Origin: Thalia democratica
Taxonomy: Eukaryota
Direction of reading: 5' to 3'
Assembly (NCBI GenBank): GCA_965202585.1
Contig: OZ241827.1
Coordinates: 85,126,001 to 85,190,000, forward strand
Length of the DNA stretch: 64,000 bases
Below the pieces are notes generated by a model. It had not been told where the DNA came from, made no database searches, and saw only the letters and a program-made list of their open reading frames with translations. The position numbers and the translations under genes are program-made. Positions 1 through 12,749 of this stretch are shown here, one piece after another (position 1 is the first letter of the stretch; each line of letters starts with the position of its first letter).

Positions 1-54
1 ATTTTTACAATTTTATTTTTGAAGTATTTTAGTAATTTGAAATGTAGTAATAAG

Positions 55-1078
55 CAGTGGCGCAGCGTGGTATTTTGGTCAGGGGGTGCACAAATTTTTT
101 TCTCAAAAAATCCTCTAAATTAAAACTTTTGTAATTAGCTATAAAAAGATATTTTTGTAAGTAATATAATAGAAACAAATTCATTAAGTAAAATAAGTTC
201 GAATTAACTGTTTAAAAAAACACTTGTATATTACAAAATTAAACAATTGAAAAAAAGTATAAATTTCATTAGAATTACTTATACTTGAACAAATGTAAAT
301 TTACTAAATAAAAATTGTTTTTACTACTTACAGTAAACTTTATATCTTTAAAAATGAATATATTCAATAAAACGAAAGTATCTGTTTTATTTACGAAAAA
401 AATATAAATCACTTTAATATACAATACAACAGTGATAACAACACCTCATTGCACATGATTTTAATAAAGTTACACAGAAGTTAAAATAGACCAACTTTAT
501 AACTGTTATTACAATTTATTACAACTTTGTAAAATAGTTAAAAGTATGCTTTTTAAATTTAATTTATCTGATTGTATTTGTTAGAAATAAAAATCACAAA
601 CAAAGTTTATTTCTCATAGGCCGACACGCTTTTGCTTGTATGTTTACAAAAATAAAGATCCGAAAACTAGCAGAAGTCTTAACATTTATTGTAGCATGAA
701 AAAATAACTAGTAAAATTGTTTAATTTTTCTTTAAGCGTGATGTATTTTTGTAAACTTTTTGTAGAAAAATCTGTCATAAGATTATACTACTGCGGTGCA
801 CTAATTAGTTGCGTTCTTTGGAGTTTTTCATCAACATCGGTGCGCACTTTCGCTTGCGCCCCGTATCAGTATATTGAGTAATTTCCCTAACTTGTCACTA
901 ATTGGTATTCAAAGTTTCGTTTAACTTTTCGAATACTAGATAAAAATAATTTTAAAAAAAGGAAAATTGAGCAGAAAAATAAACAATAAATGATAAAGAT
1001 ATTACATTCTTTTTTTTACTTCTTTATTTTTTTGGGTGGCACGCATGCGCCAGTGTCCCTCCCCACGCTACGTCCCTG
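55..1078. mobile_element. Non-autonomous hAT-type DNA transposon (MITE)
   Basis: Imperfect 16-bp TIRs: CAGTGGCGCAGCGTGG at 55-70 versus CAGGGACGTAGCGTGG (reverse complement of 1063-1078), 13/16 match. Near-identical 8-bp flanks GTAATAAG (47-54) and GTACTAAG (1079-1086). No ORF. Confidence 0.75.
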
Positions 1079-2967
1079 GTACTAAGTTATTTTGACAACG
1101 CTAAAAAGTATATATATAAACAAGTTTAATGAACAAATAAAACTAAAAAGATTAAGTAAACACTATAAACCTTCCCTTTTTTTTAACTACAATTTTTTCG
1201 TAACCTTGTTTTACTTGTATAAATATATAATAGTTGATGGTTAATTCAAGTTATTATTCAGTTTTATAAAGTAAAAATGTAACAAAGTTAAGAACAAAGT
1301 TAATTTTTCTTCTGTTATCGAACTTTTAATTACATTATTTTAAATTTTGATTGTAACTAACAAAACAAAAAACATATTTTGATATTTTAAAATTACAGTT
1401 GCTGACGCATTAGTTTTAAAACTTAAAAATTCAAGTTCATGTACAACATTCATACACACATAAATAAATCTAAAGCTCCCCTTTTTTACGTTTCACGGCT
1501 TTTCATATTTATGTTTTGAATAAAAAAAGCTTATAATGAAAATTCTGCAGAAATAACAAAACTGAAATCAAAGATGTTGTTCAAAAATATACATTTAAAA
1601 TGTACGTTAAGTTTTTGATTAAATGCTGCAAGATTGTTTTGACTACAGAATTTTTTGAACTGAAAAGTCTTAAAAAATAAAATCCTGTGTTAGTAAGCAT
1701 ACTAAATTATAAAATGCAATTAGTAACTTTCATATACATAAAAGAAAATTTTTTACCCACTACAATTTTAACTATACAAAAAATGATATAATATTTTTAA
1801 TATTGCTTAGTTATTTGCAAGGTATAAACCCAAATAAGTATAAGTTGTTGGCAAAGTTAAAGCCCAAATAAGTATTTTATAAGTTATTAGAACTTTGGAT
1901 ATTCTTTTTTGCTATAATTGTTACAAAGTTAGTACTATATAATTAAAAACTTACCATCTTTTTATTAAAACCTTTTTTTAAATACTTGGAAACGGCTATT
2001 CTAATTCGAACATTGCTAGTTTAATTGCAGTCAATAAAAAACCTAACAAGTTTAGTTGTTCTTAGAATAACAATGCTTTAAAAACGAGACTTTTTTTTTT
2101 ATTACGACTTTGTAAATTTTATTTAATGGGTTTTTAATTTTCTTAAAGTAAGAATGATTAGTAAGTAAAATTTATCTAAATCAACACATTTGATTATTAA
2201 GTTAATTAAAAATACAACTATAAACCTTTTTTTCACGTTGAAAAGTACAAATTACATCTAATCTGAAACAAGTCTACGTTGTATGAGATTAAATTCAATA
2301 CTAGAAAAATTATAGAAAAAAAATCAATTAAGTAGGATTAACACTTGAAGCCTTTTATAGTTTTACTAAACTTTCTAGCCAAAAATAAATGAAAACAAAA
2401 ATTTTTAAATGTTAAAAATATTACATTACAGCTAATTATAATCAAATATCATTATATATAAATGTAATACTATATGGTATAACAAATTAAAATCTTTTTT
2501 ACACTATTTAATAAATCATTAAATAATAATACACTAAAAGTCTCTAAAAGAAGATTTTAGTTTATTTAAAACAGTTTTGCTCCTTTGTATCCTTGAGTTT
2601 TTTAAAAAGTTTGTAAAATCTAAGATTTCTTTTAACTTGTAAATTTTTTTATTATTGTATTGATTAATAACTTTACTACTTCTTTACTATCATATTGTAT
2701 TATTTATTTAGTGATGTTTATGATTTATGATAAAGTTTAACATTTTTAGGTATGATATTAAACAGTATTAAAAATTAATTAGTACTATTACAACTACAAA
2801 GTACTAAAATATGTAAAAATAACTTTTTCTTAAAAAACTACCAGACAAATTAAAACAAATTTTTTAATTCAAGCTTGAAATTCCTACAAATTTAGAGTAT
2901 TAACTTTTTTTAGTCAGTTGAGTAAAAAGTTATATAAATTCAATTATTGAAAAGCTTGAAAAGCGTT

Positions 2968-3092
2968 CGTGCAAAAATAACGCTCCGTGCAAATTTGACC
3001 ATCGTGCTAAAGTGATGCTGTGCACAAGTGATGTACCGTGCTGATTAGACGACCCATGATAAAATTTTGCCATATCATTCTGACACCCAACC
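2968..3092. repeat. Short array of (C)GTGCAAA/GTGCTAA motifs, probable transposon subterminal fragment
   Basis: About five spaced GTGC(A/T)AA-like motifs in a GC-richer patch; termini and TSD not found. Confidence 0.35.
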
Positions 3093-3455
3093 TAATATAG
3101 ATCATAACTTTGCGTAAGCAGAACATGTTAAATTTATTAGTTTTTAGTCATGTAGCAAAACCAAACTGATCTTTAGAACTTATAAATTACAGGTTCATAC
3201 GTTTTAATTTAAGACTGAGAGTATAAAATAAATTCCAATGCTCTAACGTATAAATTTAGATTTTAGATTTAGACTCTACGTTTAGACTAAAGGTATAAAG
3301 TAGAACTATTTTCATAAATAAAACATAACTGTTTGCCTTTCTGTTGAAAAATTTTAAGTCTCTTTTTCATCAACTACTATACCATAACTCATATAAAGAT
3401 GATTAGTTTATTTATAACACAATACATCTTATTAGAGTCAATCATTTGCAACTTA

Positions 3456-5193
3456 TTAAAAGCATGTATAATGCTTGAGTTCACATAGGCCATAAAAGGG
3501 TTTTTGGTACGCTCTTCCACTGCATTCAAAATCGCTGTATGAAATAAGACCGTACGTATCTTGTATGAGCACACAGTCTTCATTTCCAGCATTGTCCGGT
3601 TGTGGACCATCCCAGTAGTACAAGCTATCTTGATTTTTGTCTCCAGGGTTGAACTTCGTTCCGTTGATCAATCTGTAATCTCCCTCTCTACCACGATCGT
3701 TGATTCCCACCCACAAGTTCATTGAAGGTATATTTTCTTCAACAAGCTTTCGTATTTCCCTGTTATAGCCAGTTTAATCAAAAAAAAAGCTAATAAAAAA
3801 AATAAAATAAAACTTATTTTTTATGCTAAAATCATAGATTTAAAGTGAAATGTTTCATGGATAACTTAAGCTTCAATTTTAATGTGTGCATATTTTGAAT
3901 GTGCTCGAAGCATTTAAAAAATAGTAAAAAAGTTAGTTTTTTTTAAGCGTTTAAGCTTGTTTAAACTTAATTGCAGAAATTCTCAACAGTAATTAGCATA
4001 ATTTATAACAATTCATTCAAAGGTATCACAAAAACTGGGTCAAGTTAAAACATTATAATTTTGTAAAGCAGTGTACACAGAAAAATACACTTAATTCTAT
4101 GCTTCATAAAGTTTGGATAAAACTCTAAAGTTTACTTAAACCCTGTATCAACTTTTAATTGAATTAACTAAATTATCTTAGCAGTATGTTAATTTATGCT
4201 TATTTTACCTTTAAATGCAAACAGTTTGAGTTTTAATCAGTAATGATTTTGCAACTATAAAAGTTAAATGTATTTGAAACCAAATTCAGTTTAAACCAGG
4301 ATTTCCAAAACTTTTTTCATTGGCCCCATTTCAAAAAATTAAAAGATACAATGGCTTCCTTCAGTAAGATTTCTCAAAAAACTACCCATAAATATGCCTA
4401 AGACCTTTTTATTTTGCTCTTTTTTATCAACTGCAGAATATGTTGTATAAATTTCAAACTGCGGCCTTATGACGCCCCCTATGCAGATTGTATGTCCATA
4501 ACATTCTAAAACAGCCCACTCTGAGAAGCCCTGGTCTATCGTAAAATTCAAAGTTTATCGTTATATTTGGTGTAAGTTTCCAAAATACCTTTTAATACGC
4601 CTAAGACCTTTTTTTTTTGCTTTTCATTAATTATAGAACATCTAGTATAAGTTTCAAATTGTGGCCAATGGACCCTGTACTAGTCACAGGACCCCTTTGA
4701 CCTCTTTGTAGCTTATGGCAAACTTTAGAAAAATCTGGTTTAAACTAATTAAGTTTCTAGAAATAACTTTAGGACAAAAAACATACTCAGGTGTTAAAAG
4801 CAACTAAGAGTAAAACAAACTAACTTATGATAATGCTTTCCTTCTGGACCAAGACTTTTATAGATTAGTTCACCATTCATATCATTACACTGTAACCTGA
4901 CCTCTTCAAAACTTCCTGAAACTGGTGTTATTCTGAACTTGTAGGTCACTGCGTTAAATTTAATTAGTTTGTTGTCTTTTTTTACTTGCTGCTAAATAGT
5001 AACATGTAAAGTATACAACTTTACAAGGACTTTGAAACTAACAATATTTGTCTTCGAAGTCTGCTTTGTATTCTCTCAACTGGTCACAAGTAAACCCTAT
5101 GCATCGATCATTGTCACTTCGGCATACGTCGACTCTTTGCTCCGACCAAACGATAGTTAACAATTGGAAGAAAATAAAAATAAACTGCAGCAT
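3456..5193 (-). CDS. Secreted C-type lectin (single CTLD, QPD motif), 192 aa, 3 exons
   Basis: complement(join(3456..3759,4825..4948,5043..5193)) = 579 nt. Both introns are GT-AG with compatible phases. Signal-peptide-like N-terminus MLQFIFIFFQLLTIVWS. CTLD motifs: LQC, LWVGIND, WDGPQPDN, EDC, FEC, GLCE. Confidence 0.88.
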
Positions 5194-6349
5194 TTTTATA
5201 ATTTTTAAGCTATCTATAATTTAATGATAGTAAAAGATTCATACATTTTAAAAAATACAAAACTATTTTAGTCTCATTTATTACTATAAGCATTAAATTT
5301 CAAGCCCAGTTGAAAATAAGTATTTTTTAACTAAAAAAAACTTTTATAAACAGGTATTATTTTTTAGATTAAATAACTTATTAACACTTTTTTAATTGAA
5401 ACTGTTTGTTTTTTTGTACACTATAAACACAGACTTAAAATATTTTTTGTAATAAAACATAGCTATCTATTATTAAGTGGTTTTTATACATAACTTTATG
5501 AAAATTATTCTTTTTAACATATGTTTTATCCAAAGTAACAAAAATATCAAAAAGTTCTAAATAAACATTACATTTCAAGATAAATACAAAGTAAACATAT
5601 TGTTTGTAAATAAATGTTTGAAAATTAACATGTGCTTATTGAGCAAACATAGATATCTATTTCAATGTTTGTTGTGTTACTATAAATATCTTTACACGAT
5701 ACTGAAATTCATAAAATTAGCAGATGTAAAATTTCACACGTTTTAGTGTTTAAGTTTCGAAGAAAGTATTTTGAAAATTAAATAGAAATAGAAGCTCGAT
5801 ACAAATTGGTATAGCCACAAACTTAATTTTATTTTAGTCTGATTTAACTAAGACTTAATATTTAACAAATAAAATTCTATATATTAAGTTATTATTTATA
5901 TATGACATGACATAGATGTGTTTTTACAAATGTTTACAATTGGGTATAAGCTAAATTGAAATTTAATACTTATCTATGTTACGCAAAATATATTTTTAAC
6001 ATTATTTTAACTTATAGTCTTTTTAAAAGAGTAGTGATATATGTTCTAACAAAGTCGTGTTAAATGTTACTTTTAAAGCATGTTTTGTTTTATTAAGTGC
6101 TTTTCATTTTACTTTAGACTTTTTTTACTTTATTGATAAAAATATTTTAAAACAATAAATGTTTTCAACTGTGGTAAAACTTATACTAGTAACGAAGAAA
6201 AAACAATTTACAGAGGTTAAATAATTAAAAAAAATATTAAATTGATTAAATCATTTATGTTTTAGTTTGAGTAAAGTATTTTGAATAAACCGCTGTTTTT
6301 TAAATTGTTAAAATAACATAACATTTACTTCGTTTTTTTTTTTACAAAC

Positions 6350-6480
6350 TCGATAACTGAAAAGTTTTTTCGTGCACCAGGTCCTAAGACAAAATTTTTG
6401 AGTACATTCTTAACGTTCAAAAAACAATAATGACAAAAAAGTTTCAATTTTTTTTTTACTTTTACTTTGAAAAAAAAGTT
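6350..6480. repeat. Interspersed repeat, second copy at about 12865-12990
   Basis: Shared core ATAACTGAAAAGTTTTTT(TT)CGT(G/T)CACCAGGTCC at both places. Confidence 0.6.
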
Positions 6481-7410
6481 ATGTATTCGTAAACTCATAA
6501 AAAGTTTTTAATTTTAATTTTCAAACATTAAGTGATTAAAAATTCATTATGTAGACAAAAAGTCCAAGTAGATTTATCTTAAACAAACATTAATTAAGTA
6601 TTATTTTCATAATTTTGTCTTAACTTTTATTTCTTTACTCATAAAAAATTGAAAATTTTGATAACATACTGTTTTTATTTACAAAAGTATCTAAAATATA
6701 TATACAAATAGTTTTTATTTTTCAATTTAGAAATATATAATTTTAATTCAATTTCAATAAATAATAACTTTCTTAAATTAATTCTGTTTTAAACTAAATA
6801 AAAACTTATTTTGTTAATAGTTGTTTGAATTTTAGTTTTCAATTTTTATTTTAGGGAAAAGTACATCATACGTAAATTGTTATTTGTAAAAATTAACAAA
6901 CTAATTCAAAATAAGTATTTCAAAAAAAATATATTTTTAAAAGTTAGTGAAATGAACATTAAAATATTAATAAATAGAAATCTCAAAACTTTAATAATTA
7001 AATAAATTCTTTCATAAAAGCAAAACTGTCTGAAGTTGGGACAAGCTTTTTTTTCAAATAGCTTGTTGATGCAACAAAACACGTGACCACAATAAAGTTA
7101 AATAATACTTTAACCGCAAACTTCAATAGCAAACTTCAAGCAAAATTTGTAATTGTACTTAATTATAAACGAGTGAACAACATCACTTTAAACCTCTTTT
7201 AACTAAAATTTCTTATGTTACAAAAACCAGTCATAACGAGTCATCATGTTTATGTTAGTTTAAATATAAAATATTTTGACTAGTAGATATAAAATTCTCT
7301 TGACAACCTGATCTGGTAGTAACTGTTAAAAGTTCGATAAATTACCGGGCAACGGTTATACCTTGTCATTATTTTATTAATACGTTAAAACTGTTAAAAA
7401 CAATTAGATA

Positions 7411-7520
7411 TTGTTTATTTAACGATAAAAAAGCGTTCAAAAAGTTTGGTTAAAAGACCTGGTGTACAAAGGAACCTTTCGGTTATCGAGTTGTACACCA
7501 CTTGAAATACACATGAAATT
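7411..7520. repeat. Interspersed repeat, second copy at about 57499-57585
   Basis: Shared TTGTTTATT-AACGATAAAAAA(A)GCG-AAAAAGTTTGGT-GGTGTAC at both places. Confidence 0.6.
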
Positions 7521-8602
7521 AACAAACAAATTCATTTGCAGCAAATAAATTATTATGTTTCTAGATAACGTGATTAATCAAGTTTTATGTATAAATAAGA
7601 TTATACAACAAATAAAATTTATAACAAAAATATTTTATAATAGTAAGTTGTAAAAATAAATAGGTTGAATAATTTTCTGTAAATATAATTTTGCAAAAGA
7701 CTTACTTTTTGAAAGTGTAACAAAACGCTAGACAAATTTATTTTACCGGTAGTTTTATTTTCTTACTTATATACTTAACTGATAAACTACATGTATTTAG
7801 GGAAAAAGTACAATTTTAAATTCAATAAAATTATACCCTATATCTTAAGTATATAGAAGAATATTTAAAATGTTTTAACTTTGTAATAATTTTTTTATGT
7901 TGGTTAATTTTGTAGAAAATAATTTCTAGTTTTCTAAATTTACAAAACTCATAGAGCTCCAAGATTTTCGAACTATCTTGTTAAAATATATTCAACTAAT
8001 TCTTTTCAACTATTAAATTTTAGGATATTTACACTTACTATTGTAATAAACAAACGACGTATAAAGTATACAATTATGCAAAAAGTTTACGCTTTTTTGT
8101 CTTTTAAAAATAATTTTTTGATCAATATTTGAATGTTTAAACTTTTTATAAGTTGCTATGTAAAATCTTAAATCTATTTACTTAGATATTTTTTCATAAC
8201 CTAAACACTACTATAAAATCATAAATTGAAAAAATATGTGTATTTTCTTAAAATATGTTAATAGTTTATTAAATTGAAGTATACAACAAAATTTTAAGAT
8301 ATCAAAGACAGTTTTGTGCTAATGTAAATAGATTTTGAAGTTTGTAATTGTCAATAAACTGGTTCAAATCTTATTTTATTTCTCTAACCTGATGTAAACA
8401 GCAATTAGGTTTTTCTTTATTGCTTTTGTTATTAGTTTTAAACCTATTTCCTATGAAACGTATGTATACATGATAAAAAATGTGTCTTTAGTTAAATTAA
8501 ACAAAAAATATAACAAATGCAATAGTTGTGTTGTATCACAATTAATCAAAGAAAAAAGTAATTTCATTTTTTCCTTAATTTTGCACTATTTTAGAACCTA
8601 GA

Positions 8603-8670
8603 GCAAGGTTCGGTAGGCAGTTGGTAGTCGCAGGTCAAATCTTGAAAACTTAAGTTTTTACAGGCCGCAA
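8603..8670. mobile_element. Degenerate terminal fragment of the hAT family found at 47610-50649
   Basis: CAAGGTTCGGTAGGCAGTTGGTAGTCGCAGGTCAAAT aligns with the reverse complement of the right end of the 47610-50649 element (CAGGGGTCGGCAGGCAGTTGGTGCTCGCGGGCCAAAT). Confidence 0.6.
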
Positions 8671-9550
8671 TTATAGTTTAAGAGTTTTTTACTCAACATG
8701 ACATACCCTAAAATATTTATTTAAAAAAGTTATCGTCAATTATACCAATACCTATTTTATTAAAGTAAGTTTTATTTCTAAGTTTCAAAAATCTTTTATC
8801 TGTCCAAATTAACGTACTCTTGGGACGCAGTTTTGTCTTTTTTGGCCGCATTCCATTTTATTTGCATACCACTGCGCTAAAAGAACAAAGAATAGTTTTA
8901 GTTCTAGTTTAAACTATTTTTTATTGTTTTTTATGCACTAACAGTCAGTATGCATTAGATCGATCTCGTTTTATGTATGTAAAAATAGGTGTGTATTGTT
9001 AATTTTGAAATACTTGGCTTGGTTAAAATAACTTGGTAGATTTATTGTGCGAGACCTAATTGGTTGTGATTAGATTTTGGGAAGAAAATAATTTTTTTTT
9101 AGTTTTAGAGTAAAAATAATGTAATTTATTACAAGTATTGAAAAACTGAATTAAAGAAAATAGTAGAAAACTTAAGGAATGTCAATTTAAGTTTCATTTA
9201 AAGTTTTTTTTTGAGCAAAAAAAAAGTTTTTATAAGTTTTCATCAGTATGTTATTTAGAGTCATTCTCATTGCTCATGCACTTATATAAAAAAGACTGTT
9301 CATTTGACACAAGAGTAAAAACAAATGTATTTCTGGAATTTTAATATGTTTTTGTGTAAAATACTTGTTCATAAAAACTTTTTTTAAGCTTAAGCTAACA
9401 GACTTTGTTAATAAAACTCAACTACAATGTGTAAAAATAATCCATTTTCATGTTTCCAAAACCAAAACGTGTCAATGGAAAATACAGTTGGAAACACCGT
9501 AGTATGCTGGTAACATAGTTAAACAAAAAGCATGTGTTGAGCATTGAAAC

Positions 9551-9559
9551 ATTGCATCA
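9551..9559. promoter_or_regulatory. Candidate C/EBP-ATF amino acid response element (ATTGCATCA)
   Basis: Exact match to the AARE/CARE core, 3.2 kb upstream of the transporter ATG. This is a motif match only. Confidence 0.25.
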
Positions 9560-12500
9560 GCTTTATCCTTTCAAGCAAGCACATGTGTGTCTTGCTTTAA
9601 TTGGTGTTAGTAATGCTTGTGGATGCAAGGCTGTCTTGCTGTTGAAATTGAAATCTTGTAATGGATATTTTTTATTGGGTTGTCATGATTAATTTGTAAA
9701 TGACTATTGTTTGATAGTGATTAAAACTTTGTTAAAAAATTTAGAATGCTAATGAATTGTTAAAAATAAATTTAAATTAAAAAATATAGTTTTTAATTAT
9801 TTAGTTTATTTAAGCTATGATTAATTTTCACTTTTTTGCTGTGTAAGTTTGCATTAATGGTTAATTAAAAGAATGAAAAAACTTCTGGTCAAATAAAAAA
9901 ATACTTGAAAGAAAACAATAAGAAAAAAAGTTTTTATTTTTTATCTTATATTAATTATTGTTTAATATAATGTTTTTGCTAAATATATTATGTTTAAGTA
10001 TTGTATTTGAAACAATAAGTAGTTGTAATTTTTCTAAATAAATTTTACACAAGTCTTAAATGCTAATTTTAATCACAACAAAGTTAATTAATATTAATTA
10101 GGGTAACGTATATTTTTTTGATTTTGTTAGATTGTATGTTTATAAATATTAATTAGCTTTAATTATCTTATTTTTTTGACTTTGTCAGATTGGATGTAAT
10201 CACTATTTAGTTTAAAGTAACTTAATGTTTTACCTGCTTTTTATATAATGCTTGCATGCATAATTTGTTTTAAATCAAAAATACTTAAAATAAGGAAGAA
10301 ATAAGTTTTCAAAGTTCTTATTAATTTATATTAAAATATTTGTTAATCAAGTTTAATTGTTGATTAACTTTTAAATGCACAGATTTCTCATTTTCTACAT
10401 TTTAATTTGGATTATATTCTTGATAAAAAATAATATTAACTAGAAGGTCTGTTTAGTATAATATGTTATTTAAAATACAAGTTCTTTAACTTTATTAAGC
10501 TTAAAAACTAATATAAGCATCTTTACTTTTCTTCAGTAATTTGCACAGTAATTGTTACTTTTGTGAAACTAAATTTGTTTAAAATGTGATTTTCTAATAA
10601 CAGTTAAACAACTTTTAATATTTTGTAATGAATTATTACAAGTGTTGTTGTAGTTATTTTGTTGAAAAAATTAATTATGCATAACAAACTTTTATTTTGG
10701 AATTAATAAATTTTCAAAGAGGTTAATATTGCCACTCAGTTTACAAGTATTGATTTGAAAAATATATAGTTGTTGAAGGAAGTGTATTTAAACTGAAATT
10801 TTCAAACTAGATGGTTTATATTTATAAGGTGGCATAACTAACCAAGCATTTATTGCAAAATTGTTTTTAATTTTACTATGATAAAGTGTTTAACCATAAT
10901 TTCTTTTAGATTTGAATTCTTAAAGTTGGTTTTCAACATCCTTAGCTGCAGTTTGTCACTCTAAGTAAAAAGTTCAAATATTTTTTCCTTATAATTATAT
11001 TCACACAAAGTGCTTAATCCTTAGTAAAGTGCTATTTGAACAACCAAAGTTTGAATGAAGTTTCGTTTATATAAAGTTGATAAAAAAGTAAGCAAAGGAT
11101 AAAATAATTGTATTGAACACAAAAATATTGACACAGTAACTTTTTCTCCTTAATATACCATAGCAGAAACTAAAATTAGGCCTTAATTCAATCTAAATTC
11201 ATTTATTTTAATATGTATAGACTAATTAATAAACAAAACATTTTAAAACAAGAAAATTTGAACAACAATAAAAGTCATGGTAGTTTATCTTTTAAAGTAT
11301 TTGTTGCAAATATCTGAAAGTATTTTTTTAGAAATGAAAACCTTAAATTGCTTACTATTTAAAAATTCTCTCTTATATATATTTTAAATTATATTTAAAA
11401 CCTTGTTAGCTTAGTTATTACAGTTATTAAACAACAAAGATAGGAAAAAGTAGTGTTTAAAAAAATATCAATTTATATAATTTTAATTTGAAAAGTTAAA
11501 CTTATTTTGTTCAGGAAGTTGTAATGGGTTTTTGCAATGGTTATAGTAAAAACTTATTAATTAAGTTTTTAAGTTTAAACCATAACTTTATTTGATCTAT
11601 GTAGTTATTATTAATTAACTATCAAATTTACAATTTAACTTTTGTAAGTATAATTACAAATTTAAAGAAGATTGCATACTAATTTTTTCTTATAAAAATT
11701 TATAAAAGTGATTTTTTTTTATTCTGCCTTGAAAAAATTAAAGATATTAAAACAGTTTTTCATAAATTTTGAAACAAACAATGTTTTATTAGTTGTACAG
11801 TTGTTTGTGTTAAGCTTATCACATTGGTTAAAATTAAAATCATTTTTGTGAGTTATAGCATATTTCTACAAAAGTAATATCTGATAATTCATATTGAATT
11901 TTGTTTGATTTTGTGCTTTTAAACTTTGAAAGAAAACAAGAAGTTTGCTTTTTTGTTGCTTAGTTTTTTAACAAGACATAATTGTAAATAAATTTTTTTA
12001 TTGAACTTTTGACGTTTAGTTTAGCTTTGATTCAAGTTATTATTTTTAATATTAAAAACAAAACCACAGTTGTTTTCAGAATTAGCATTAAGAATTCAAG
12101 CTTAATACTTATTAAGTTTTTGTTTATCCAAAAATTCATTATTTAAACTTGTTTTATGAATAATGTTTGCTTGTTCTGTTTATTTTGAGATTAAAAGTAA
12201 TTAGTTTCACTTTGTGTTGATAAAAATTAAAACGAACAACAGTATAAAAATGCTTGTAATTTTTTGATCTTGTATTAAAACTTGAAGTATTAAAATCCTT
12301 TTGTTTAGATACAATACTATATTATTTTTTGTATTGTACATTAATCCAACTTGAATTAAAAGTAGTTTTTTAACTTTTCGGATTAAATTCTTGGATTTAA
12401 GTTTTCTTAAATGCTTAACACAACTGAGCTTTACACAAAGCTTTAGATTTGACTAACTACTTATTATTAACAACTTATAATATGTAGGATAAAAACACTA

Positions 12501-12749
12501 AGACTAGTTAAACCATCATTGTTTGATTACTTACATAAGATTAGTTAAAATGTATAAATTTGAAAGTTTAGAACAATAAAATATCTTCTTGTAATTTCTA
12601 GCTGGAAAAGGATAATAATTCTTATGCTGTTGAATAAGTTTTAAAATTTTTGGAAAAATATCAAATTCTATATAGTTGAAGTTTATATATATTTAATTTT
12701 TGTTTTAGGTTTATATTTATATAATTAAAAAACAAATTAATCAAATCAA

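Noticed and set aside
4339-4700. 70-aa ORF in lectin intron 2 as a possible extra exon
   Set aside because: It overlaps a locally duplicated repeat (CCTAAGACCTTTTTT...TTTCAAA.TG.GGCC at about 4397 and 4600), and lectin exons 2 and 3 already join in phase with a complete CTLD.
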